A stretch of DNA of 63,998 nucleotides, filler included, from Conidiobolus incongruus B7586 (GCA_000697335.1; 18 parts of 18 records of this genome joined end to end with filler, not necessarily neighbours in it); one strand, 5' to 3'. Positions 12,911-27,555 are shown, counted from the first letter of the whole stretch. The notes: generated from the letters alone by a model not told the origin. Program-made: numbers and translations.

Positions 12911-13915
12911 TTAGTTCACCTTTTGCAATTCAGTAAATGCTCTACCGGCATATGGCACATCAATCACATCCACGCAGCCTTTGCCTTCACCTTCGGGTGT
13001 GTTGATACCGCAGCGACCTACAATATACAGTTGTTTACCATCTTTGCCACCGAATTCCAAGTTGGTGGGATAAGTAAAGTTGAGTTTGATCTTCTTAATG
13101 ATTTGGCCTTGGGAATTGAGCACTGTGACGTGTTGGCCTCCGTGTCTAGTCACATACAAGTTACCTTTGATGTCGAATCGCATACCGTCAATATGGTAGG
13201 CTTGAGTTTTGTCGAGTTGTTCAAAGTCCACGAATAATTCCTTGCCAGTTAAAGTGTTATCGGGATTGATTTTAAATTTCCAAATTTTTTGAACGATGGA
13301 CTTGTTGTCCTTATCGTAGGCTTCACTTACATAGAGATGGCTGTTGTCGTTGCTCACTTCGATACCGTTCGTGCGACCCATGACCAATAGACGCTTTGCA
13401 GGTTTTCCGGGCTCGCAAACCCAAATATCTCCACTCTTATCAGTTGTAGTGGGTGTGAATTTGGATCCGGAAGCGAATACAACTCCATTGGATCCCAAAG
13501 CAATATCGTTAGGTTGAATCATAGTGGGATTGGAGCATAATATATCACTCTGAGTCACTTTACCACTGTTGTCAAGTTTTAATTTCAGAATTCTGTGGTT
13601 GATCACCTCAGCAACGTAAGCAGTATTCCTATCGACGAATCTGACTCCATTCACATAACTATTGGTCAACTTGTCGGCATACAGTTCACCCTGGGGGTTA
13701 GTGATGCGACCGATTCTGTATAAGGGATCTTTATTGCCATAGCTTGTAGCAAAAATTTCACCTTTGTGATTTACACTAGTTCCTTCAATATTTGGCCCAA
13801 ATTCGCTAGTTTCCAAAGTGATATAAGGTTTTGCAACTACAGTGGGATATTCAGGAGCTTTACACTTTTTACCACTTAATAAACTTAATAAGGTGCTAAT
13901 TAATATTAATTTCAT
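12911..13915 (-). CDS. Secreted SMP-30/gluconolactonase/LRE family (six-bladed beta-propeller, Ca-dependent hydrolase), intronless
   Basis: 334-aa ORF with a hydrophobic N-terminal signal peptide and family motifs IEG, NGVRF, QPNDIA, TNGIEVS, IDGMRFDIKGNLYVT, PTNLEFGGKDGKQLYI. Confidence 0.93.
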   Translation of the reverse strand: MKLILISTLLSLLSGKKCKAPEYPTVVAKPYITLETSEFGPNIEGTSVNHKGEIFATSYGNKDPLYRIGRITNPQGELYADKLTNSYVNGVRFVDRNTAYVAEVINHRILKLKLDNSGKVTQSDILCSNPTMIQPNDIALGSNGVVFASGSKFTPTTTDKSGDIWVCEPGKPAKRLLVMGRTNGIEVSNDNSHLYVSEAYDKDNKSIVQKIWKFKINPDNTLTGKELFVDFEQLDKTQAYHIDGMRFDIKGNLYVTRHGGQHVTVLNSQGQIIKKIKLNFTYPTNLEFGGKDGKQLYIVGRCGINTPEGEGKGCVDVIDVPYAGRAFTELQKVN

Positions 13916-16886
13916 TATATTTTTTTTCCAAATTGTAATTTAACAGTAATTGATAATTGTGACCACTTGCTAGTATTTATAATAATTTGAGGAGTTTATG
14001 GATTATATTAGATTATTCCAATTAGCCACTTAACAAATCATCAAATTAATTTATTTACTAATATAATAATTTCGATAAATTTTGATATCCAATATTAATA
14101 ATATAGTGTAATTTGTGCTTGTTGATAATATAATTAAAATGGGAATTCAAAATAAAATTTTAAAGAGTAAAGAATAATAATAATGATCTATTATCAAACA
14201 TTTAATATTTCATTAATTATTTGAATAAAATTGACATTGATATTATAAAACTTGAATGGATAAATATTAATACATTGTATTATATACTAGGTTTAATAAT
14301 TATAAATATTATTGTAAACTTATATGATAATAGTTAGAAATTCTTAATTACATATTTAATATTTTTGTAATACTTATTAAATATTCATTCAATAAAATGG
14401 GCAAGCATTACTGTATTTTGTTAATTTTCGCATTATATTTATATATATAATAAAGTGTGACTTGTACCTGTTATTATGATTAAAATATGGTTGAAGTAAC
14501 ATCTAGATTTATTAATTAATATTATTCTATTTATTTTAATAATTAAAATTTTTTTTATCGATTATTAATTATTTCATTTGTAATACACTCAATTTATTAA
14601 GTTTAAGTGATATAAATAACTGAATTTAGATTATTTTTATAATCTATTATAAGTAATTAAGTGTAACTTGTACTTGATACTGTTATTTAAATTAATTGAT
14701 TGAAAAAATTTAGATTTTATTTTAGTTATTATTAATGATATATAATCATATATTATATTATATTGATTTAAATTTTATATAAATTTAATAATTTTTAATT
14801 TATAATATATTTGATAATTACAATGAATATTATTATATTTATGATTAATAAAACTTTAATTTCAGTTTTAATAATTTTGAAAATAATAAGTTAATTCATT
14901 AATATATCAATTTAAATTTATAATTAAATAAATATTATATAAATATTTCAAACAATTTATTTTAATTTATTTAAGTTAATAAAATTTATATAATAATTCA
15001 AAATATAAAGTTATTAAATAATGATTTCAGTATAATCTTCTTGAAATGATAATTAATGAAAATAATTATTTGATGATATTTATTCAGATAATAAGGATTT
15101 AAAAATTGTGAATTTTAATGAATACAATGAATATAATTAACTATCTTTAGTGATTTATAAAAATTAATATAACTCTATATATAGTAAAATAATTCATGAT
15201 TTTTAAATTATTAAAAGTTTTAATTAAAAAAACAAAGTAATTTTAATAGTGATTATTATAAATATAATTTATTATTATATAATATATAAAATTATAATAT
15301 AACTTTTATTACAAATTAAATAATAGCAATAAAAAAAATAATATTATAAACAATATTAAATATTTTTTTATTTTTATATTTTAAAANNNNNNNNNNNNNN
15401 NNNNNNNNNNNNNNNNNNNNNNNNNNNNNNTTAATTAATTAANNNNNNNNNNNNNNNNNNNNNNNNNNNNNNNNNNNNNNNNNNNNATCGTATAAAGTAT
15501 TTATAATTTTATAACATAATTTCATATATAATATAATATTAAATATTATATTATATATTAATAAATTCGTTATTTTTGAAAAGGCCAATAATATAAATTA
15601 TAGAATATTAAATTTATATTTATATCATTTATTAGTTTATTTGTAAGATTAATATAGCCTAATCATCTTAAAGTTTATATGTATCATTATTAAAAGATAT
15701 ATGTTAAATAATATTAAAATTATCAAGTAAAAAAATTATCAATATTTAAAAATCAATATCAAAATTTTATATTAGATAAAATGGACTATAATTATGTTTA
15801 TGAATATAATTAATGATAAGGAAAATTATTTCAACTCGATCTTTCCCAAATAAATAGAAACATAGTTCATAAAACATGTAAATAAAATATTTGAATTTAT
15901 TATATCATGCAGCGATTTAAATGATTTCTATTTGTTGAATTTGTAACATGTTTTAAAAAATCATAATCAAGTGATTATGAAGTTAAATCGTCAATGTTTT
16001 TATATACTTTATGACAAACCTGAATAGAAAATATATTGATATAAATCCTTAATTTAAAATCAAAGTTCAATTTATAAAGGTAACTATTTTAAATAGCCAA
16101 TTGAAATCATTTTACTATTAAAATGTAAAATATTCATAAAATAAAAATGATATTTAATTATAAGTTTTGATATATTAGTTATAAAAATCATTAATCAATT
16201 TAAAAAGATTATACTAATTCATTTTTGCCACAACTTATCCTTTAAGGGATGAGATAGTTTTAGAAATGATAATTGTATTTAATTTGATTTCAATTATATC
16301 TAATATTTTTAATAATAAGAAAATTATTTCAAAAAGAGATAATAATTTAAATTATTAATTATTAATAGTTATTATTATAATTAAACTGAATAGATAAATT
16401 TTACAATTAATTCAAAATAAACGAATATTCAAAAATGTTATATAATTTGAAAATTAATACTCATTATACTATCAATTAAATACTAAATCACCTTGATTCA
16501 AAATTATATACCTTATTATAACAAAATGATTATTATCTTCAAAATAGGGAGTAGAAATCTTAAAAGGAATATTACTGGTTATTAATCATACAAGTTATCA
16601 ATTTAAAAAACAATATTAATTGCGTGTCGAAAATATGATCTACTAATATTAAATATAAAATTATTTTATAATTTTCATAATATTGTTGGTAATGATTTCT
16701 ATCATATTAAGTATTAATTTTACAAGTATACAATCTAAATCACTCAAGAAACAAAATAAGTTCATTTACCCATTATTATAAATTTATTCATTAAATAGAG
16801 CATCGATCTGACTTCAAATATTAATGGTAAAGATCATTAAATAATAAATCGTATATTTTAAATGGGCAATAATATTGATATTTTTA

Positions 16887-17447
16887 TTAGTATGTAGCTT
16901 TTGAAGGTATGTAAGCAGGTGGTTGTAAACTAGCAGTTTGATAATTTGGTGGGATTTCTGATTCAAGATCATTCATTATTTCGTTTGGAAGATTATTTTC
17001 TTGGGATTCCTCCCACTCTTGAATCATTGTTAAACGTTTTATCAGTGCAATAGATTGAACAGAAATGAGTAGAGCACATATAACCACAATTGCAAAAGTA
17101 ACCCAATGGAGCTGAGGATTCATGAATTGGTAGGAAAAGTACTCATTAATAGTAATAGTTATTAGACCTGTAGAGAATGTTAAAATAATCAGCAATGTAA
17201 AGTTTAGAGAAACAGTCTTCTTATAATTTTGAATTTCAATATTATTCCCTCTTCTTAATAGGCTCTCTAAATATCTATCTGAGAACAACCTGTAAGATAG
17301 TGTTGAAGACTGTTGTGGAAATGGATGGCTTCTAATTGGATTGGAATAATCACTCATCTCCATTAAATAATCGTTATTTTGCAAAGAATTACCACCAGGG
17401 TTATTTAGTAAAGCAGGCTCAAAATAAACTTGGTTAATTCCAGTCAT
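16887..17447 (-). CDS. Hypothetical two-TM membrane protein with C-terminal PPxY motifs
   Basis: 186-aa intronless ORF with two hydrophobic segments (VSLNFTLLIILTFSTGLITITI; WVTFAIVVICALLISVQSIALI) and tail EIPPNYQTASLQPPAY. Confidence 0.8.
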   Translation of the reverse strand: MTGINQVYFEPALLNNPGGNSLQNNDYLMEMSDYSNPIRSHPFPQQSSTLSYRLFSDRYLESLLRRGNNIEIQNYKKTVSLNFTLLIILTFSTGLITITINEYFSYQFMNPQLHWVTFAIVVICALLISVQSIALIKRLTMIQEWEESQENNLPNEIMNDLESEIPPNYQTASLQPPAYIPSKATY

Positions 17448-20408
17448 TAAATGTTAAAAAGTGAAAAATATAAACAACGGATTGATATTTATACATTTTA
17501 TACATTTATTTAATTTAATAATAGTTCATCAATGAATCATTTTAAACAAATAATATTGGTTACTGGTATACCAATATGAAGTTTCATTTAACTTAACTGT
17601 TTGAAATGATTTCATTTTTGTAATTATAATGATTTAAGCTTTATATTTATCTTTAATCATTATTTTATCATAATCACCATATTGCCCTTGATTAATTGTT
17701 AAAATTCAATAACTTCAAATTTGATAAATAACTTAATAAAATTTAATTTTGTTTTGAATTACTATTAAAACTTGAAGGAAAATCTATCAATTGGTTAGAA
17801 AAATCCAATAAAATTATTCGATTTAAAATTTAATAGTTTTAAATAAATATATTTTCAATTTAAAGTTTAAATAATTCGGATTATTCATTTGACTAAATTA
17901 ATAGATCAATTAATAAATAACTAAAAATACACCAATTAAATCATGAATTTGTTTATTATATTGAGTTTTAATTGAAAAAAGGTAATATTTTAGAAATTAT
18001 AAATTTATTAAATATATCAACTGAATAAAAAGTTATATAATATTATATGAGTATATAATTTTCACCCTATCATAATTAAATATTTATTCATTTATTTTGA
18101 TATTGTCCACTGTTTTTTTCAATATTCAAATATAAAGTTAATTAAATTTTGACTAAATTTTAAATTATAACTAATATGGAATAAATTTCTAATTTGGTAT
18201 AGATATTAAGAAAATAAACTATTTTAATATTAAGGTCATTTACTATTGATAATATTGATATTGAGTGCTATATGAATTGATATCAAATTTCAATGATTTG
18301 TTTCCAAATTCAATTGATTCAATGTCTTATTGGTTGTTATATATATATATATATATAATTTAGTATAATAAAATAACCTTAAAATTCAACATGCATATAA
18401 CTATAGATATTTTTAAAGTTTGGAATTTATTATTCACTTTCTACAAAATTTAATGCGAATAATTCAAAATTTTATTTAATTTGGGTTATTTATTCACATT
18501 TTAAACACATTTAATATTTGAAATATATTCAATTCAAAAATGAAAAAAATCAATTTTAACTCTTATTCAAATAAGTGCTTTAATTATAGATATTAATATT
18601 TTAGCGTATATAATTACATAGTGATTGTTTTCCTTTATCCATTCACAATTCAGTGGAATTAATGTAAAATAAACTTAAAAAGGAAGTTAAAATTTCTAAA
18701 ATTAATATATTGTAGAATCTAATTTATTACTTTATTTTTAAAATATAAAATTTTTCACTATGATGCTATTAAAACCTAATAATAATCTATTAAAAAAATA
18801 TTATGTTATTTTATTCTGATCAATTATATAAACCCTATAAGTGTTATAAAATGATTAATCAAATATATAATGAAGGTGTTGTTACTCCTAAATATTATTA
18901 AAAATAATTTATGTGTTTTTAAGATAATAATTATTATACTAAAAATAAACCATATATAATTAGAAAAATACAAATATTTGATAAAAAATATTAGTTATAT
19001 TACAAAAATTCAAATTGCTTTTTATTTGAAAATTTATCATTATTATTATAAATAAAAAAGTTTATAATATAAAATTAGATATTTTATGACTTAAAATTTA
19101 ATAAGTTGAATAAATTAATAAATATTTTCTATTTATATAATTTATAAAAAAACTTAAATTACTTAAGAAACTTTATTTTTAATAATAAAATATAAATTAN
19201 NNNNNNNNNNNNNNNNNNNNNNNNNNNNNNNNNNNNNNNNNNNTTAATTAATTAANNNNNNNNNNNNNNNNNNNNNNNNNNNNNNNNNNNNNNNNNNNNA
19301 ATTATATTATTATATTTAAATATAATAGAATCTATTATATTAATAATATTATTTATAGAGTAATTTATTTTTCTAATAATAAAAAATAAATAAATCAAGT
19401 AAAAAAATATTTATTAATTTTTCAAAATAATAAATTACTGGTAAATTAATATTTATTATTAAATTATAAGATATTATAAATATAAAAACAAGTATATTAA
19501 TTTATATTCAATTAAAATAATTCATTATTTACATAATATTATAAGTATAATATTTAAAATATTTTGCAAAATTATATATATACAAAAGATATAAAAATTT
19601 TAAATTAATTAATAATTAGATTTTGTTTGTTTTGCTTTTAAGACTTTATGATAAAATTAATTATAAAAATTAAGTTTAATATTTGGATTTTAAAATTACT
19701 AATTAAATATCAATTAATGAGGTCAAATAAGTTGAAATTAAAGTCAAATCTTTAAAAAATTTTATTAACTTCGTAATAAATTGAATAAAAATTAAAATTA
19801 AAATATTATCTAAAAGTTAGATATTTTATTAACAAAATCAAAATATTTTCTAAATATTACATTACTTATTTATGATTAAAACTAATTTAAAAAAATAATT
19901 TTAAGAATATAATTAGATAAAATTAATCTAAGCATATTTTTATATATTTTAATTTGAAATTTTGGATCATAAATATATTAATTGAATAATTCAACTAATG
20001 ATTATATGATTATTTAATTAATAATATGAGTTATTTTATATAAATTTAAATAATTATGAAAATATGAAAATAATATAATTAATTCAATCAACTAAAAAAG
20101 AAACACTTAAAGTTTACTTTGAACAATACAGTCCTAAGTATTTTGTTTGGTTATTATTAAAGTGGAAAATAATGGGAATAAAGGCTGAATAATATCAATA
20201 TTAAATTAGAGATAAGATTTGAATTAATACTTTGAGGCTATTTTGATTTCTTTAAATATATTCAATAAATTTTGATCGCTTATAAATAGAATATATTTAA
20301 GTAAAATAATTAACTAAAATATTAACAGAGTAGTTAATAAATACCATAGAGTATACTCTTCAAGATCAAATAAGAGAGAATATATATATTTATGAAAGAA
20401 CATTCTTA

Positions 20409-21639
20409 ATGATTGAAATTAGTGAATCCAATCTATTAAACAACATTAAGAAGCAATCTACAGCTTATCTGATTGTATCAACAAAATTCGGATAATACAT
20501 TAGTGAACTAATTCACTTTCGTAGATGCAGTTCAACTATATTGGTAGAGATATACTGTTTCGAAACCTATTTCCTTCATGTATTAAATTATTCTAATTTC
20601 AGTTCTCACTTGTAACTTTGTTTTTTACTCTCGGTAGTATTATTCGATCAATTTTGGGAGCCCAAATTTCAGAGAGACGAGAAAGGAAAGGCGTGCTTTA
20701 TTGGAACAATATCGTGTTATTATCGAGTTCATTGACTATATCACTCGAATCTGACACTCTCATGATGTTCACAGGTAGAATTTTGATCGATATTGCTGCA
20801 GGTGTCAGATTAGTTGTAGTTTCAGCTTACTTGTTGTTGAAAGTTAACAGTTATATTAAAACTGAAAAAGAACTCCAATATTTGAAAGTAACTGAAGATG
20901 TAGAGGATGTGTTAAACAATCTTCAAAATACAAGCTCCTTTCAAGATGGGTATCAGAGTTTAGAGATAACTGGAAATTCTAGTACCAATGAGCAATTATT
21001 AACTGCAATTGAGCTATATAAATCATCGTACTACTTCCCCAGCCTTGTGATGATTATGTTGATCTATTTCACTCAGCAGGCTTCAGGCATTAATGCGATT
21101 ATGTATTATTCCACTGATATTTTGAGTCGATATTTTCCTTCCAATTCCAAATATCTAGCTTTATTTATTAATATTATTCAATTGATTATTGCGTTGATAT
21201 GCGTTCCTTTAGTGGATAATTGGGCCGAAAGACTCTATTATTGGCTTCGGGAATTACAATGACCATTTTCAATTTCTTACTCGGTTTAGCCAGTAATGCG
21301 AAATATCCATACCTATCAGCTATTACTATCTTTTATTCTACTAGAACCTTTTCAATTGGCTTAGGGTCTCTTACTTTTATTCTTTTACCAGAAATTTTCG
21401 ACACTTCTTCAGTTTCCTCAGCATCTACCCTTGCTCTTCCTATTAATTTGTTTTTCAATTTTATTGTAGGACTGGTATTTCTGCCATTACAAACATTCTT
21501 ACGAGGTCCTAATAACACCTATACTGGAGATGTATTCACTTTATTTTCAGTACTACTCTCAGGATGTGTATACATTATTTTCGAAGTTTCACCCCAAATC
21601 AAATCCAATACCGCTACTAGTAATATGAAAGAGCTTTGA
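20409..21639 (+). pseudogene. MFS sugar-porter (GLUT/YBR241C-like vacuolar type) pseudogene
   Basis: Motifs FG*YISEL, GRILIDIAAG, QQASGINAIMYYST, LVD..GRKTLLL, FSIGLG...LLPEIF. In-frame stops upstream of 20618, an apparent internal deletion after VVVSAYL (no EIAP...PESP segment) and a frameshift near 21220. Confidence 0.85.
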
Positions 21640-23734
21640 CTATAATCAAATTTTTAGATTGTCTTCATTAATTTTTTATTTGATTGAAATAAAAATAATG
21701 ATTTGCTACCAATAATTATTTGTTAATTATAGTTAAATAAAAAATATTGTTTTTGACAAAATATTCGATCATATATTAGTTATTTATTTACTAGTTATAT
21801 TTTTCAATTTTATTATTTTTTAAGTGCAATAATATAAATTAAATTAAAAATATTTTTGTAATATTGGTATTAAAATTAAGTTTTTATGATCAGCTTGCTA
21901 TTAAGCTGTAAACATCTTTTTATATTTGACTTAATAATGAATTCATCTTTATCAAATATTTTAATTATATTGATTTACTCTAGTCTAGCTAATTTTCATT
22001 TTTATACTTCAAAATCACCAAATTATTCAAAAAAAACAATAATAATTTTTGTTAATTTTTATTTTGCAATTGATATCAATCAAGATTCTAATGAAAAAAT
22101 ATAAGCTAGATGATTAATTCAATAGTTATCATATGCATCATCATTTCATCATTATATAACTTATAACTAATAAATGGTTGATAAGGAATAGTTAATTTAA
22201 ATAGTTTTAAAATATCACTTATGTTTAATATTAATGATTTTATAAACTAAGAATTAATAGTTATTGACATATGTTTATATGATTTAATTTAAACAAGTTA
22301 TATTTGTAATATTAATATTAGATATAAATACTAGATTAGTTATAATATCAAAATCAAATATGATTATTAGTATATAATATTAAATTAATATTTTATTTAT
22401 TATTATTATGAATTATTACCATATTTTGGTAAGCTTTTAATATCCAAATAATAGTTAATTAATTAAACACTGATATTTAATATTTTATATATAGATATTA
22501 TTTCCTTATAAATATATCTCTTATTATTTAAACCAATTATAATTACATAAGTTATAATTTGATAAATATATTTAATATATAATAAAAACATTAAAAGAAA
22601 ATTCAAAGCTTATTATTAATTTTTTTTACCTTTAAAAATATAGTATATTATTATGATTTATAACAATAATTGATATTTGCTTATTAATAAACTATCTATT
22701 TATTGGAATTTATAAAAAAGTTTTACTTAGTTAAATATTTTTGTTGAACTTAAAGAATTATATTAACAAAATCTAAAATTTATTAATTTTAATGATTTAA
22801 AACAAGAACCTTTAATTTTATCAATATTTAATAAATTTTATTTATTTATAGTTTTATTAAATTAACGTTAAATTTTTGTTAAATTATAAAATATATATTA
22901 TAAACTTGTTAATTAATCTAAATATAGTTTTTAANNNNNNNNNNNNNNNNNNNNNNNNNNNNNNNNNNNNNNNNNNNNTTAATTAATTAANNNNNNNNNN
23001 NNNNNNNNNNNNNNNNNNNNNNNNNNNNNNNNNNAAATAATTATATTATTAATAAAATAATAGTTGATATTTTAATATATTTCCTATTTTACAAAGTATA
23101 TTATTTCAAAAATGATAAATATATCAAAACATATATTATCAATTTATTATTGAATGAGCAAATTAAACACCTAATATTCAGTCAAAATATATAAGATATT
23201 ATAGCTTATATAATAATTTCCCTTATATTTCTAAGTGACAAAATTAAAATTATTGTTAAATAAACTAAGTGTAATGAACATTTCAAATATCACAAAATCA
23301 AATATAGAATTTTAATGCAGAATATATCACAGTTTTATTTAATTTTATAATTATCATGATAAAATCAGAATTGATATAATCTAAAATAATTAAATTAAAG
23401 TAATAATAAAATAAAAAGATTTTAAATTTGAACTTTGCAATAGAGATATTGAATAATAAAAGTAATTAAGTTAAAAAAAATAGAAAATGAATATGATAAC
23501 TAGTAAAATTTATATTTGTCTTGTAATTAGACTTTTATATTGAATTTTCCTAATTTGGGTTATAAATATTACTTGAAATATAAACTTTATTAATTTAATT
23601 TTCAAAAATTTTAAAATTTTTAATCCCATAAAGTTGATATTAAAAATAAATGAATAAATATTGATCTTCTTATTAAGTATCAGAGGTATAAATCCAAATA
23701 GACTAAATAAACTAAATAAAAAAATTAAAATAAG

Positions 23735-24737
23735 ATGAGTAGAGGTCGTGGAGGATTCCGAGGACGTGGAGGCGGACCTGGCGCAGGCCGTGGAGGTGGC
23801 ACTTTACCCACTGGTACATCCGTGAATCCCGATTTTATTCCAGAATTTTTGAATACTTCAACCAAAATATTTCCAGTAATTATGAACTAATTCCATCACA
23901 AAATCAACAATAATAGCCAATATAATTATATAGGAAATCCATTTACAAGTTCCTTCTGATGACAAAATTCAAAATAAATTTTATAATATTCGATATCGTA
24001 AGTTGGTACGAAATTTGAGTCAATCAGCTTTTTTTATCGTTGAAGGCAATCAAGTTAACGGTAATTACCTTTAATCATAATTACTTATTAATATTAATGC
24101 TAATATGTATTATGTTATTTAGATATTGAAAGATTTTCAGATCGCTTCATTACTAATAATCAAACTAATCAAGGTAGTTTGACTGATATTCCAGTTGGTA
24201 ATTATTATTATTATTAATATGAATTAATATCATTAAGCTTTTTATTATAAATATTAGATTATAATTGTTTGCCTGAAGAATTACACTCTGTATCTAATCC
24301 TAAAAAGAAAAAAAGAGGTAAAATAATATACTATTATAAAATTTTTAAATATATTAATATTATAATTTAGTTCAAAAGGATTTGGGTGTGGTTCAATTGG
24401 ATAATAAAATAATAGATCAAATCTTTGATAATTTGAAATTTGAACAAGTAATTTCTTATTTATTATTATTAATATAATAAATTCTCATCAAGTTTGATAT
24501 TAGGATGGGCTCAATGAAAATCAAGAAGCAGGTGATGACAATGAAAATGACGAGGAATTGGAAGAAGATCACGATCAATATGACGATGAAATTGATGAGG
24601 ATAATGATTATGGTGAAGACTACTTTTCAAATGGTGAAAATGACTACTTTGATGATTATGATAACGGTAATTCATTTTATTTATATATTTAAACACTCCA
24701 TATTAATATTTATAAATCATTTTTAGATGATTACTAG
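23735..24737 (+). CDS. RPC31: RNA polymerase III subunit Rpc31 (RPC7/POLR3G), 7 exons
   Basis: Spliced product MSRGRGGFRGRGGG...KIFP|EIHL...SAFFIV...|DIERFSDRF...|DYNCLPEEL...KKKKR|...|acidic tail DEDNDYGEDYFSNGENDYFDDYDN|DDY*. The IERxSDR, PEEL and DNDY...YFxNGE motifs are diagnostic. Confidence 0.92.
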
Positions 24738-27555
24738 GTATTCTCAATATTCACATTCATATTCATTGATTCCAACCCGCTATACCATATATCACTGTAC
24801 TTATCATCATCAATTAATCTACTCGCAATTAATCCCAATTTTGATTCAATCGATACATCAACAATAACAATTTTAAGTATTATATACTTTAATTATTTTA
24901 CATCAATAAGATAAATGAGTATCAAATAGATAGTATTAAATAATTATAAAAATGAATAAAAGTTTTAAATTGTTCAAAATTTCTAATATACTCAAATATT
25001 ATAAATTTATACAAATCTGCTATTTTTAAGGTTACGAATTTAAAACCAAATTCAATTATATTATATCATTATTGATATATATATCTATTTTATAACTTTA
25101 AAATTCACCAAACAATATCATTTCTAATTAAAAGAATTTTAAACAATATTTGAAGAGTCTAGTTTATTAATAATTCAAATTTCAAATTAAATTTATTTGA
25201 AAGATTTGCTTATTAGCTTCAAATCAAACAATGATTAAATTGTTATAAATAAAGTAAAACTTTGATTATTGAAATAATTTTCATTTCATAAATCACCGAG
25301 TAGGTCAAAGTTAGAATTAATGCATTAAATAGTAATACATATATAACAAATTAATATTAAATGGTCAGCTTCAATTATTTAAAGGAATAAATATAAATAT
25401 TTTCTTTAAACATAGTTACTTAAGTACAAAATAAGAAAATAAATTTTTTTTAAATTCTAAAAAATGTATTTCAAAATATGTATTAATTCAAAAAGTATTG
25501 GAATAGAAATATTTGCATAATTTAAAAATGATTTCACATTAATTAACAATTTGATGATAGTTTGATGGAGTAATATTGTACAATCGATTCATTTTATTAG
25601 TAATTATATATTATAATGATATATTGATTTAAAAATATATAAATTTACTAGTAGTTGATTGTATTAGGATTAAAAGTTTATTAAAATTTCATTATTTTAA
25701 AAATAAATCTGTTTCATAAAATAAGTTCTCTTTAGTTCTTGAATAAATATAACCTTATTGGAATTAGATATTTATTAAAATTTTACATATTTTAATGAAA
25801 TAATTAATATATATTGCTTGGAATAATTATTCTAAAAACTTGAAGAAATTTATTAAAGATGATTTTATTGATATCATATCACACTTTTTGATCAAAATAT
25901 TGAGCTTAAATTACACTATTCATATTAAGCAAATTTTCATTTATCCATCTCTATTATTTATATAAATTCATATTTTTCTTTCAATAATTGAATAAAATAA
26001 TATTTTATTAATTTATTATCTCCACTATCAATGAATTTTTAAATAATCACTATCTATAATATTGCGTTTTAAGTAAAATTTCTGAATTAAGCTATTTATT
26101 AATTAAATTAAATTTTTAATTTGAATAATATTTAAGAAATTATCTGAATATAACTTTATTGAAATATTATATATTAATCCAATATAAATATTCACCTTAT
26201 TAATTTTATTTTTAATTGTCAATTAATACTATTATGCTTTCTATCAAAGTCATGTGGTTATTAATATCAATAATTTGTTTTTAGTTATGAATCAATTATT
26301 GATAATATATTAAAAATAACAAAATCCAATATTAAAATATTTGTAAATTAAATGATTGATATATCATTTTTAGAAGTTAAATCCTTGAATTGATATTTTT
26401 AAAAATTAGTTAGAAAATATAGATTTAGAAATAAATATTAATTAAAAAAAGATTATGGAATTTTGATTATATTGAAATAATATAATTGAATAATATTAAA
26501 ATCAAAATAAATTAAAACTATATTTTATCTATAATAATTGTTTTATTACCTTAAATAAAAAAGAATGGGAATTTTTAATTTCTGATTTTTTAAATATATT
26601 GTTAATTTTAAATAATAAAATATATACAATAATAAATAAAATATTATATATCNNNNNNNNNNNNNNNNNNNNNNNNNNNNNNNNNNNNNNNNNNNNTTAA
26701 TTAATTAANNNNNNNNNNNNNNNNNNNNNNNNNNNNNNNNNNNNNNNNNNNNAAATTTATAATTTATCAATTATAATAATTTTATAAATATAATAAGATC
26801 AATATTATTATAAAATAAATTTATATTAACTATGTTTTTTCCTTTATTTATTTAATTTTTAATTATAATATAAAATATCTATATTTTTGATTTTTTGAAA
26901 TAATTTTAAATTTTGTTTTAATAAAATAATTATAAATTTAATATTAAAATATAAAGATTATTTTAGTTTTTTCACCCAGTTATATAGAAGATATTTGAAA
27001 TTTTTCTTAATTTTATTTGTATTTCTTTAATTAGTTATAAATTTTAAATAATTTAAATAAGGTAAGTCTTTTATATCAGATCTTCCAACTTTGAATTAAT
27101 TAAACCAAATTATAATACCACACTTTGAAAGCCTTTTGCCACCAATTGCTATATGGAGACTTATGTAAATATTTGATATAAAATGATTTATACAATATGA
27201 TATTTTGATAAATACTCTTTGTTTGGTTAAAATTTGAAATTTTATGATTTTCAGTTATTATGTTTTTTATTGAAATTCTATTAAAAAGTTATATTATATT
27301 ATATAATATTATATAATATATAGTGAATATAATCAATCATTAGATCACTTAATATCATTTAAAATAATATTAAAATTAGAGTGAAAAAATTATCATTTAT
27401 AAAATAGTATTTGATTTAAATATAGGAAATTATTTTTTGTACTATTGGATAAAATTATAATTGACTAAATATATAATGCTTAGTTATTCAAAACATATAT
27501 AAACATCTAACATTTTTATAATATCATATAATTAAATAGTTTTTATTTATTTTTT

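Noticed and set aside
12923..13237. 104-aa plus-strand ORF
   Set aside because: Antisense shadow of the gluconolactonase gene.
14453..14730. Degenerate ~206-bp duplication (aagtgt(g/a)acttgtac) and a small palindrome at about 53445-53464
   Set aside because: Low complexity and too degenerate to assign a function.
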